64,000 nucleotides of DNA, taken from contig OZ037765.1 in assembly GCA_964035545.1 (NCBI GenBank), positions 31,743,504 through 31,807,503 on the forward strand, in the 5' to 3' direction. The notes beneath the pieces are model-generated. The model saw nothing but the letters and a program-made list of their open reading frames with translations, was not told where the DNA came from and did no database searches. Position numbers and translations under genes: made by a program. This DNA comes from Bugula neritina (Eukaryota; Animalia; Bryozoa). Shown piece by piece: positions 1-27,850 of this stretch; within the stretch, counting starts at the first letter, position 1, and every line of letters starts with the position of its first letter.

Positions 1-1114
1 AAATGATAAAACTTCTGTTCCCTGAGATTTTAGAAGTTAAGATGAGATTCTAAATGCTATAAATATTGTGATTGGAGACTTTATAGAACTTCTACTTTCT
101 AGGCCTCACATGCGAGACCAACATATTCGACGATGAAAATTCAGCTACATCCTCTTCATGAAACGAAGCCAATCAAAGTAGAGTAATACGTCTGGTGAAA
201 ACAAGATATGTTGCATTGTAAGAATTATAGTATAAGGCCTGGTGGCTACTATTATTCACAATTACATATTTCAGGCCATATGTCTTTTTTCCTGCCAGCA
301 TAAGTCAATAATTTACCTCCTTTGATAACTTCCACCTATGTATTTATACTTATATATATGCACAGGTATAGAAGTAAATATATTAAAGTTATATATGTAA
401 ACCTGTATTTATTTTACAGTAAAGATAATAGAGTTATTTGGAATCAGCATGCATAATTAAAGCTAATTATGTTTAGAGACTAAATAAACATGCTCTCATG
501 AAATTTAAATTCTTTCATTTATATGTTTTGCAGCAAGTTTGTTATTTTGCTATCAATTATATGTGATATAGATACTGCTTTCGATTTAGTCAATCTAAAT
601 GTTGCTTATGTAGCCCAGTTATACTTTATATTTTCTAGAGAAATAAAAAAAATTTTTTTAAAAAAGATATAAGTGTTGATTGATTTTATTTTATTTTTTT
701 TATTTATTTTATTTCATTCAAATACAAATTAAGTAAATGAATCAATACTTAAATATCATCAGATAATATCTGAAGACAATAATTTATTTAGATTTTATAA
801 CATAATATTTATTACTAAATAGAACAAAGAGCCAAAAACATCTAGTGTAAATCAACACTCTGACATTTTACCGCACTGAAATATTATAACTTAACAACAA
901 AATGGCTGCCAAAATTTAAACTTGTCTCTGTTATACCAAAGATAGGAGTTACAAATTTATAATGTTTTCTTTAATTTGTTTTAATAGTCTAGTCTCAAAA
1001 AAGTCACATTCTAACAGCTCTTTGTTATTAAAAACCCATTTAATACTTGAGTTTCATGAGTAGACAATTACTAGTATTAGTTATGCTTCAGTTTGTACAG
1101 CATCTGAGCTGCCA

Positions 1115-15611
<14,497 letters not shown>

Positions 15612-15728
15612 GACTTACCACTCAACCTCTTCAGTGCTACAGTGCAGTGTAATGCTGTATTATATATAGTACACTTGTAAATATAATGAGCTGAGCCCAT
15701 TTATTAGCACACCCACTGACCGGCTATC

Positions 15729-15743
15729 TGGTTTCTAAGCAAC
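15729..15743. promoter_or_regulatory. Candidate RFX X-box upstream of gene A
   Basis: tggtttctaagcaac about 120 bp upstream of the ATG. Resembles the X-box (GT...RGYAAC). The identical 15-mer lies upstream of gene C. Confidence 0.45.
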
Positions 15744-16859
15744 AAATTTAACCTCAGCATAATAAATTGAGTTTTTTAAACAAAATATGAGCCTCAACCA
15801 AATGATCACCAAAAAGCTTCCAGTTATTTGAATCACTCAGCTGGTTGAATACTAAGCAGGAAATTTGATTCGTGGCAAGAATAGCTTATTATCTAAAAGT
15901 ATTTGTTTGAACTAATATTACAAGAGGTTCACAGTACAATAACTTACTACTACGTAAAGAGCTTGTTAAAAATATACTCAATATTTGTGAAATCAATTTA
16001 GTTCCGACAGGTCAAGTGGACAAAGGGCAATAATTATACTTTTGGTGCAGGCCTGGGGAAGCTTCTTATTAGCCTAAACCTTAGCTTTTTTACACTAAAT
16101 ATACTTATTCCAAAGCCTTTAGTGCCAAAATGGCAAGCCTGCTGCATAACAATAGGTTTGTAAAGTACAACATGCACTCGTTTTAGAAATCAATTAACTT
16201 TCCTTGTTAGAAAAATCAGCGGATGTAAGTTTTAAGTTACAATATAGACATGTTGTTAGGTTCTATAAAGTTAATAAAAAAAGCTGTATTAAAGCTGAAG
16301 TGTATCAGATAATAGTTTATGAATTAGTGCCAAACCTCGTACTTATCTGCTTTTTATTGGTGAATTAGTATATAAAAATTAGTAAAAGAAAGTTGCAGCT
16401 TATATAATACTTAAATATTTCGTCTTATATGAATAATATATGCATGGTGACCTGAGTGCTATCAAAATAATAACTTACAAATATAATTTAAATATAATTA
16501 AAAAAATTAAACTGACGAAAGATTATATGCTAGCAGCTGTTTTTGTAATAATTCCCCGCTCTAGGGTGAATTGGAAGAATTGTTTTAGAGCAAAACTTTT
16601 GTATGCATGAGTTGAATAAAATCATTGAAAGTTTTATGAAAGTCTATTTGTGTAGGTATGTAACAACTCAAGTTTTAAAATTTTATGTAATTTGTGATGC
16701 AAGGTTGCAAATAAAAACCATATTTTAATAAAATGTAAACATATGCAAGCAATAAAGATAATGAAATGTTTTAGCTGCGTTATTATGAATGCAAATGTTA
16801 TAACTTTACAATATATGCAACAAAATCAACTTGCCCTACATACTTTTAAAAACCATTAA

Positions 16860-19302
16860 GGCAGGACTATGATTTTCCACTTGATTGGCCATATCTTGAA
16901 AAATAATAGCCCTACTGACCTCAAATTTTGATATGTTCCTAACCATGGGCCTACCCACACCCCCCACAATTTCAGATGTCAAGGTCAAATTATAGCAGTT
17001 TTGGCAGGAGTTCACTAAAGAGTTATCTCCTCCTAGAATAATAGTTCAATTCTGCTCAGTTAGTTTTGGTATTGAAGTCTATTAATATATTAGTTCAAGT
17101 GATAATATATATGACTATTTCATGTAGTTTTCTAAAAGTTTAGCAAAGTTAACTAGTATGAGCTCCAAATCTAGAAAGGCTGCCTAGAAAAGCTTATTAC
17201 TATTATACTGGGGTTATTACACTTAATTTAGTAACCATCAGCAAATTAGGACCAAAAATTAAGGTTTGCTCAAAATTCATGAAAATTTAATACATTCCAA
17301 CTAGACAATGCAAAAATTATAGGCCCAAGTAAAATGACCCAAGTATAGTCTAATAAACTACTAATAAAATAATCTACTATGCTTACTCTGGTAAGTTGAC
17401 GCGAGGCTTTACGATATACTATCTGTCTATTTTGATGAATTACGCTTCAGTAACTTTGTGGTATTAGCTTAGCTTTTATTATTGCGTTACACTGGCTTAC
17501 TCTGTTGCATTGTAATTATAATAAAAATAAAACAACCGCCCACTCGCGTCTTTGTTGAGTTTACCTGTGCTTAGTCCGTTGGTAATAAATTGCATAAGCA
17601 AATTGTCTTTAACACAGGGGTGTCCAACCTTTTCAGACTGAGGGCCAATGAAAGGGAATATTCTGTGGCGAGGGCTACAATTGTAAACTTTAGCTTGAGC
17701 TAGAGGGGATGGGGGGAAGGGGGGGGGGCACGTCAGCATGCACCAATATTTTTTAAATTAACTTATTCTAAACACCCATGGCTCCCAGGCTGTACGTTTT
17801 GTATCATGTGTAAAAATAAGACATTAATAAACCATGGTTTTTCACTCTAATTCATGTATATGTGTGAAAACTAATTTCATAAGTTGTATGCTTTTGGGGT
17901 CACATAAATGTAGGCTGGGGGGCCACATCCGGGCCCTGGGGCTGTCTGTTGGACAGCCCTGCTCGAACAAACCAGTATAAACTGCTGATTTTTTCTATGC
18001 ATGCAAAGCTGTTTTTAAACTAGCTTATATAAAGAGGTGGAGCTTTCCTCACATTTCTCAATATTATACCTTGCCAGGTTGTGGTCTGAACTTTCTGTTT
18101 TATAGTTTGCGATAAAGCATCTAACGGAATGTTTTCAATCATAAGTATAATTTAAAGAACAGCTACATTAACCCTTTTAGGTTTCAATATTTTAAAACCT
18201 TCCCATAATTCATTAGAGTAAGCATTATAATATATTTATAGAAGGGAGAGGTAACATAAGATTCTGTAGTTAATTACTCTGCTGTTGCACGAGCTTTTTG
18301 TTCTAGCTTTAAGAAAAGTATTGGTTGAGGAAAGCTTTTTGTGAAAGCTTTTGCAATAGCTTTTTACTGGTAGTTTTGTTTAATGAGTCAGTACAGGCAA
18401 TTTTCCTCTTGTTATAAAGATGCAGGCAACTTAAACTTTATTGTCTAAATAATTGTGAGTATATTATACTATCTTTTGTGTTTAGCTTCATTAATTAAAA
18501 GTTCTTTCAGAAATAGCTGTGTTGATTAATATCAATTTAAAAAAATGTTTTTTACGGTTACAGGATAAAAATAAACTGTTGGCATTAGGCAAAAAGTTGA
18601 GTTCTGTCCTGCATCTGTGCAACCAGCATTTGAATAGGTGCTATCAACACATAGGCATTCGTGCCATACAGCATCCTTGCTGACACATCTACTACTGAAC
18701 TTATTTTACTGATTTTACTAACAACCGCTTCTTGGTCACCCACAAGCAAACAAATAGCTTTGACCAGCTACTCAAAATATACAACTATATGTCCATATAG
18801 GCTCAAAATCATTGGTTTTCTTAAGAAGACTGAAAAACTTACCGGACAAAGTTTTTCTCACAGAAGTTGAAGCTCTTTTCAAACCTTCTTTATACGCAGC
18901 TAGCCAAACGTCAGTGGTTTTAGAAACAGCAAATATAAAGGCTAATTCTGTGCGTCTACACAAAATCCTCTTGTTATGACCAGCCACACACTCCTAAAAC
19001 GAAACACATAATAAATAGTCCGTGAATGAGTCTTGCACGAGATACAAACAGCAAAAAATTGCTAGACACAGAAACGTGGCACAAAGGAAATAACCATTCT
19101 ATTGACCAATCAAATGGTGCGTATCGTTAATTGCGATTTTTTGGCCATCGTCTTCAGTGGGTACCTACACCCAGCCAGCGGTGCACCCACTGAACGCAAT
19201 TTCGTTTGAATTCTCTCAAAATTTATTGTAAGTTTGTGTTTTCTTTGTGTTTTCAAGTAAATAAATGATTTTGTGTGATTCTCACGAGTGTGTCGCTAGG
19301 CC
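16860..19302. mobile_element. Possible Kolobok-like non-autonomous DNA transposon
   Basis: ttaa|ggc...gcc|ttaa ends (TTAA at 16856-16859 and 19303-19306). The TIR is very short and no transposase is recognisable, so the two ends may be unrelated. Confidence 0.35.
17615..17961. mobile_element. hAT-type MITE
   Basis: TIR caggggtgtccaac / gttggacagccctg. Degenerate 8-bp TSD ctttaaca / ctcgaaca. Confidence 0.8.
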
Positions 19303-19569
19303 TTAAAGCATTATATATATCTATAATCTTTGCTTTCAAATAATTTGTCATAGCTACAAAGGTTATTGCTTGGTAATGAATTACTTTTTATCCAACTATT
19401 AATCACTCCGTCTCCATGGCTTTAGATTATAGTAATGGAGAAAAAAATAAGAGTTCTAAGCTGTGCTTCCAAGCTTTTCATTATGAAAATGGGTTTTTAA
19501 TCTAAGTCGTGGAAACATTGCATGCATAAAATGAAACCACACCGCAACCACAAATTCACCCATAGAGTA

Positions 19570-19800
19570 TTATGGAGTGCCAAATGGTCAAAGGTTCACT
19601 CATTATTTTATCTCATTATTTATTCATCCACCTACATGCATTTATATAAGGTCAAAAAGTAGGCTCAAAAAAGTATGAAAGCAAATTACAGACTTATGAG
19701 AGCTGTCTTTGTGAGCTCATGAGAAGGAATAATGCTAATACTAATGCTAAATACTTTATTGTGAGAGCGGATTTTTGTGAGCATATGAGATACAATAATA
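19570..19800. repeat. Dispersed repeat related to 27523-27850
   Basis: Shares tatggagtgccaaatggtcaaa with 27523. 19761-19800 is the reverse complement of motifs at ~27555-27630 (tctcatatgctcacaaaa...cgctctcac). Confidence 0.55.
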
Positions 19801-20705
19801 ATTAAAAATTCATTTGCATAATGAGAAGCTTAGAAACATTACTTAGAACTCTGAAGCTGAAATTAAAAATCTTCGAAGAAAATATATATAACAAGCTTCC
19901 CTCTACTTTCCTTTCATACTCTAAGACCTAAGTCATTTTACTTAATTCAGTGCTTATTCAAAATCTCCAGTTTTTAGTTATGTTTTACAATTTAGCTTCT
20001 AATTTATATGTGTTTTTGCTCAAAACTAATAGACTATCAATACATACAACTAAATAATGAAGGTTCTTTCTAATTTTGCTCGATTTCATATGTCTTTTTA
20101 TTAATTATTTAGATATTTTAGATTTGACGGTCAACAATTCCAAATTAACTAATTAATTACGAAAAAAACATAGGAAATCCAGCAAAATTAAAAAGAATCT
20201 ATTCAGATTCCACATAGTTTCTGGAGAAATGAACAAACAAATATTTTTCTTCTAATAAAGAGGCAAGTGCTCATTGAGAATTGTTAACTTTTATTAGATA
20301 ACAAAGTAATTATTAAAAACATCTTGAAAAATAATTACTTAATTATCATCAGCTAACAAACTTAGGACAACAATTTACCTACATTATAGAAACATATATG
20401 ATTGATTGCTATAGGTGGGAAAAATAAAAACAAATTCAACTTAAACCAATACTTTAACATTTTACCACACTAAAATAATATTACTTAACAACAAAATGGC
20501 TGCCAAAATTTAAACTTGTCTCTGTTATACCAAAAATACGAGTTACAAATTCATAATTTTTTCTAATTGTTTTAGTAGTCAAGTTTTAACAAAGTCACAT
20601 TCTAACAGCTCTTTGTTATTAAAAACCCATTTAATAATTGAGTTTCATGAGTAGACAATTACTAGTATTAGTTATGCTTCAGTTTGTACAGCATCTGAGC
20701 TGCCA

Positions 20706-23264
<2,559 letters not shown>

Positions 23265-23352
<88 letters not shown>
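23265..23352. repeat. (TA)44 microsatellite
   Basis: Direct reading. A second, imperfect TA tract lies at 23665-23740. Confidence 0.97.
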
Positions 23353-23355
<3 letters not shown>

Positions 23356-23663
23356 CAATCTGTGGACAGCAGCTGTTTCGGGGTTTGTCCCCTCATCAGC
23401 ACAGAACAGAGTACCATGGCCCACACCTTCGCAATAGTAAAACTTATGTTTCTACTAAAGCATATTTAAAAGATGTGTAAACTCAAGCCAGAGAACTCAA
23501 GTGACTCTAGGGGTCACCTAGGAGTCACGAGCCTTGCAAAATGCTAGCAGCTTGAGTTTGTGACCATGGTGAGAGAGCTCAATCACTGAATGTCATTGCT
23601 GAGCATTAAGTGAGAGCATAATACCTCAATCTGTGGACAGCAGCTGTTTCGGGGTTTGTCCCC

Positions 23664-23664
<1 letters not shown>
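23351..23664 (-). mobile_element. Non-LTR retrozyme-like / Penelope-associated element (271-bp unit plus 43-bp terminal direct repeat) flanked by (TA)n
   Basis: 23351-23393 is repeated exactly at 23622-23664. The repeat is the hammerhead half that contains the cleavage site. The interior has several hairpins and no credible ORF. TA tracts lie on both sides. Confidence 0.75.
23359..23405 (-). ncRNA. Type I hammerhead ribozyme
   Basis: Minus strand reads UCUGUG-CUGAUGA-GGGG-ACAAA-CCCC-GAAA-CAG-CUG-CUG-UC^-CACAGA. Complete catalytic core, 6-bp helix I, 4-bp GC helix II, short helix III containing palindromic CAGCUG, GUC cleavage triplet (cut between 23365 and 23364). Confidence 0.9.
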
Positions 23665-23722
<58 letters not shown>

Positions 23723-25333
23723 TTATATATATATAAATATTGTCAGATCAAAAATTGCATAGTGTTTTGTATTATGCGGAGTAGATACTGCACAATAATG
23801 TAATACTTTTACAGAGAATAGTATGCTGGTAGTGATTATAGTATAGTCAACAATTTGAGTAGGTTATGAGTGGTAAATAATTTACCAAGTAAATGTAATC
23901 TGATATAGTGGTGGTAAACTATAATATAGTTCCTAGAAAGTCAAATCTTGGAAAATATGCTATTCTTGAAACAGTAAATAATTATAGATGTATGGGCTTT
24001 CTTCCCTTTTTATATGCTTAACTCTTACTTCTGTATTTCACAAGTTATACCTTTAAGATATTCCAACTTGCTGAATTATGGTTTCTGTTGGTGCTGAGGC
24101 TTGCCTGCTTCCTTAAGACTTTCAGTGAGATGACTGCTGTGACAGGTTGACGTAACTATAAATTATCATACCTATTCCGTCACGGTATGTAGACTACACT
24201 GTATATCTACAAAATTCAAGAAATAATGTGGAATACATATTCTGAAAGCAATGGACTTGTTACTTGAGTACAGCTGAAATTGAAATATGCAAATGAGCTA
24301 AGCGTCATGATACTAAATGAAAATTGCTTTAAACATTAATATACTAAACGTATGATTTACAGTGCTTTGAATAATGCAAATATAATATGCTTAGTAATAT
24401 GGTATTATACAAGTAATTGTACGTGGTATAGGGATAATTTTACATACATGTTTTTGTTCACGTGTTGGGATTTGTAATTCTAACCTCGTCTTACATGAAC
24501 ATTAATTGGTAAACAAACATGAATAAAACTGGGGCGATTATTCAGTCATACTAACATATAGATGACATTTAACGTTAATTATATACTTGATGAATTATAC
24601 GGATTTGATATAACCTGGTGTTTTACTTCACTTATAAAATCTAATATTTACAAAGTCAACACGTGAACAACTAATACATATTATTATATTTTCTTGTTAT
24701 AAAATATATATTCCAGGCTATGAGTCATGGTAGAAATGATGCTGGTATAACTTATAACCCTTAAAGATCTTTATATGATCAAAGTCAAGAAGTTCTCATC
24801 AACAACTCTTTTCATATTACATTACAACTGAAAGCTGCGGGCCAACTAGCAACTTACTTGCGGTTGATCAACCTCAAAATCCCAAACAACCCGACTATAA
24901 AAAGCAGCACAGAAGCAGCAACAGTAATTGACGATAAGAGGAGCGGTCAACGATCAGAAAAGCCGTTAATGATCGAAGGAGTCATAGTGTATTTAGTTTT
25001 GTGTGAAATAATTTAGAACATATTTAACTGAATTAAATCTAATCAATTTCGGACTGAGAAGTTCCATTGTAAGTAACTTGGTTTATTTTTCTTGTGATGT
25101 ACTAATTTTTATTATTGTTTGTTTTATTACTGTATAACTTGTACTTGGAGAAGCTATCATTAAATTGAAAAATTTACTTTGAAGTCGCTTAAATTACATT
25201 TGAAGGAATATTGTTGACATTGGGAATTTATTGAGTTACATAGGTTGTTTGAGGAAACTGTCTTGGAATTGTTTGATCTTTTAAGTTACACCAAATTTAT
25301 GTTTAACAGGCTTATTAATTTTTGTTGCCAGTA

Positions 25334-25368
25334 TATTATACGCAGCGGGATTTCAAAGGGTCGCTAGG

Positions 25369-25420
<52 letters not shown>

Positions 25421-25502
25421 CTTAGCGACCCTTTGAAATCCCGCTGCGTATAATAAGACAAGAAAATTATTATAATAGCCAAACCCAAAAGAAATAAAAT
25501 AA

Positions 25503-25564
<62 letters not shown>

Positions 25565-25614
25565 TTATTTTATTTCTTTTGGATTTGGCTATTATAATAA
25601 TTTTCTTGTCTTAT
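25334..25614. repeat. Two abutting near-perfect palindromes, each centred on (TA)n
   Basis: 25334-25455 and 25453-25614. One mismatch seen in each pair of unique arms. Confidence 0.95.
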
Positions 25615-26032
25615 AATTTTTGTTTCCATATTATTATCAAATAGATATTTTAAAACGCATGTAAAATCCATAGTTTTATTCATTTCCAGAGAGGCAGGTC
25701 CTAAATTTGTTTCACGAAATTTATAACCTGAGTGCTACCATTACACAATACACATAGAACCACACATATTGTTTATACGTAAATAATATTGCCAAACCAA
25801 ACCATTAATAAACATATTATATTTTTATTCTACAGTTATTGGATTGCAGACACTAATTTCAAAGCAAAATTATCAAATAATATCTAACTTGTTAATTGTC
25901 TCCCCTTGAATCAATTATTAAGCAAAAATTTATTTTCATTCAAATAATAAATATAAATATAAATATATTTTAATAAGTTTATAAACTAATAAATTATCAT
26001 TATTAAATTATTAAAAATGTTTTCGTTCGGCA

Positions 26033-26066
<34 letters not shown>

Positions 26067-26570
26067 GCCAAATATTTATTACAAATTTCAAAAATAGCAT
26101 AAATTAAGTAGTATTACCGTGCCTATTTGCATCCTATTTACTAGTCTTACATTTATAGCAACTGTAACGTATTTTGTGTAAAATGGTTATTGCAAGCATT
26201 ATTCAATTCATATTCACATTGTAATAACAGCGAAGCTTAAACTTTATAGCTTTGTATTTACGTGCATGAGTGAGTTTTAATTTTTCTTTTAATTCTATGT
26301 GCATTAATAATATGTTTAAAAACTTTATCAATAAACAAAACTAAAAAAATGTACACATAAAATAGAAAAAAAATAAAATAACAAGAGTGGCAAAATTTTT
26401 CCTTTATAACTTATATAAACTTGCGGTACCAATCTCGGCATCATGGCGCCCATATGATTCCGTAAGATTTCCTAATGTCAACACTCCTAATATATACCAC
26501 TCTGCATTTATTTCTGAATGTAATTATCCCATTTTTTTTACTGCTTGCATAGAAATCTTTCAACCAAACT

Positions 26571-27521
26571 TATTGAGCCATATAATATAATATGAATAGG
26601 TTAGTGCTAATGATAAATGATCTTTAACATACCATGCAGTATAGCCACTATAAAACCAAAAGGAGGTATACCACGTCAATATTGCCCTGACTAGCAGTAG
26701 TAATAGTTGTATATAGTTATAGAAGTATAGTACACCAGAATTACTGAAAAAAGCTAATTAAGGTAAGATTTTACATGCATTGGCTAACAGAAATTTACAG
26801 TTGCCAAATATTATTCTATGATCCAATGTTTTAATTTATAATGGTGGATCTGCTATGCTTTGCTAAACTAAAAATTTTTATTATAGCTTGAAGTTACTGT
26901 TGAAATTTGAAATAGCTATCTACGCTTTTTATAATACATATAATCCCCTCATGCCTTTTTGGCTATTTTCATTATTTACCATATATTAGCTAAATCAGCT
27001 ATATTATGGTAAAGATTTTTTCCCTCAAAATTATTTCATCAATAATTTTTTTCAATACTGAAACATATCAGCACTGAAATTTAAAAATTTGATACTTAAA
27101 AATTTAATTTCTTTTACTTCTCATGCAAAAAACAAAATGTCAACATTTATAAGAATGTCGAAAATTAATATTGTTTTTGCCCATTTTTCAAAAATACTTT
27201 TTACTTGAATCTATAAATTAATACTTGAATTTAGTAGTTAATATTTAAATGCATAAAGTATGTTAGTTATGAATAATCTATAAATATAATTTTTACAGTT
27301 CAGCCATGCAGTAAAGCCAGTAAACTATATTGCTGCAACTATGAATAACCTGTTGCAGCAGCAGTACAACTTTGCTAGTCAACTATAATAATGCATTTTG
27401 ATAAAATTTGAAGAGTTTTACATTATAAGACTTCGCTAAAATATGCTTATCCTAGATTTATTTTTCATTTTGAATTTTATGTAAACAGTTGTAAATAATT
27501 GTTCTGGTATTAACCATTTGG
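26571..27521 (+). repeat. ~0.95-kb direct repeat, copy 1
   Basis: Highly similar to 30445-31358, from tattgagccatataat to ggtattaaccatttgg. Confidence 0.93.
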
Positions 27522-27522
27522 C

Positions 27523-27850
27523 TATGGAGTGCCAAATGGTCAAAAATTCCCTTATTATTGCATCTCATATGCTTATAATAAAGTATCTAACCATTATTCT
27601 CTCTCATATGCTCACAAAACGCTCTCACAGGTCTATTATTTGTGCTCTTAGGTCTATTATTTGGTCTCACACTGTCATTATTCATTCCCATACCCTTATT
27701 TCCCCTCCTTTTATGCTCATTATTCAGTCCCATACCTCCATTATGCACTCTCATACCCCTATTATTTGCTCTGTTATAGACATTATTCACTCTCTTATGC
27801 TTATTATTCTCTCTCATACCCCTAATACTGTCTTGTTTTGTGCCTGATTC
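27523..27850. repeat. Degenerate 21-bp minisatellite (consensus about cattattcactctcatacccc)
   Basis: About 10 consecutive 21-bp units at ~27630-27825. They produce the heptad-repeat ORFs on both strands. Confidence 0.8.

Noticed and set aside
23351-23664. CRISPR-like repeat-spacer interpretation
   Set aside because: Only two repeats, 271 bp apart, in a eukaryotic context with no cas genes; the hammerhead explains the repeat.
24440-25080. Short imperfect inverted repeat (24448-24679) and a TATA-containing LTR-like stretch
   Set aside because: Boundaries and TSDs cannot be defined; evidence is too weak.
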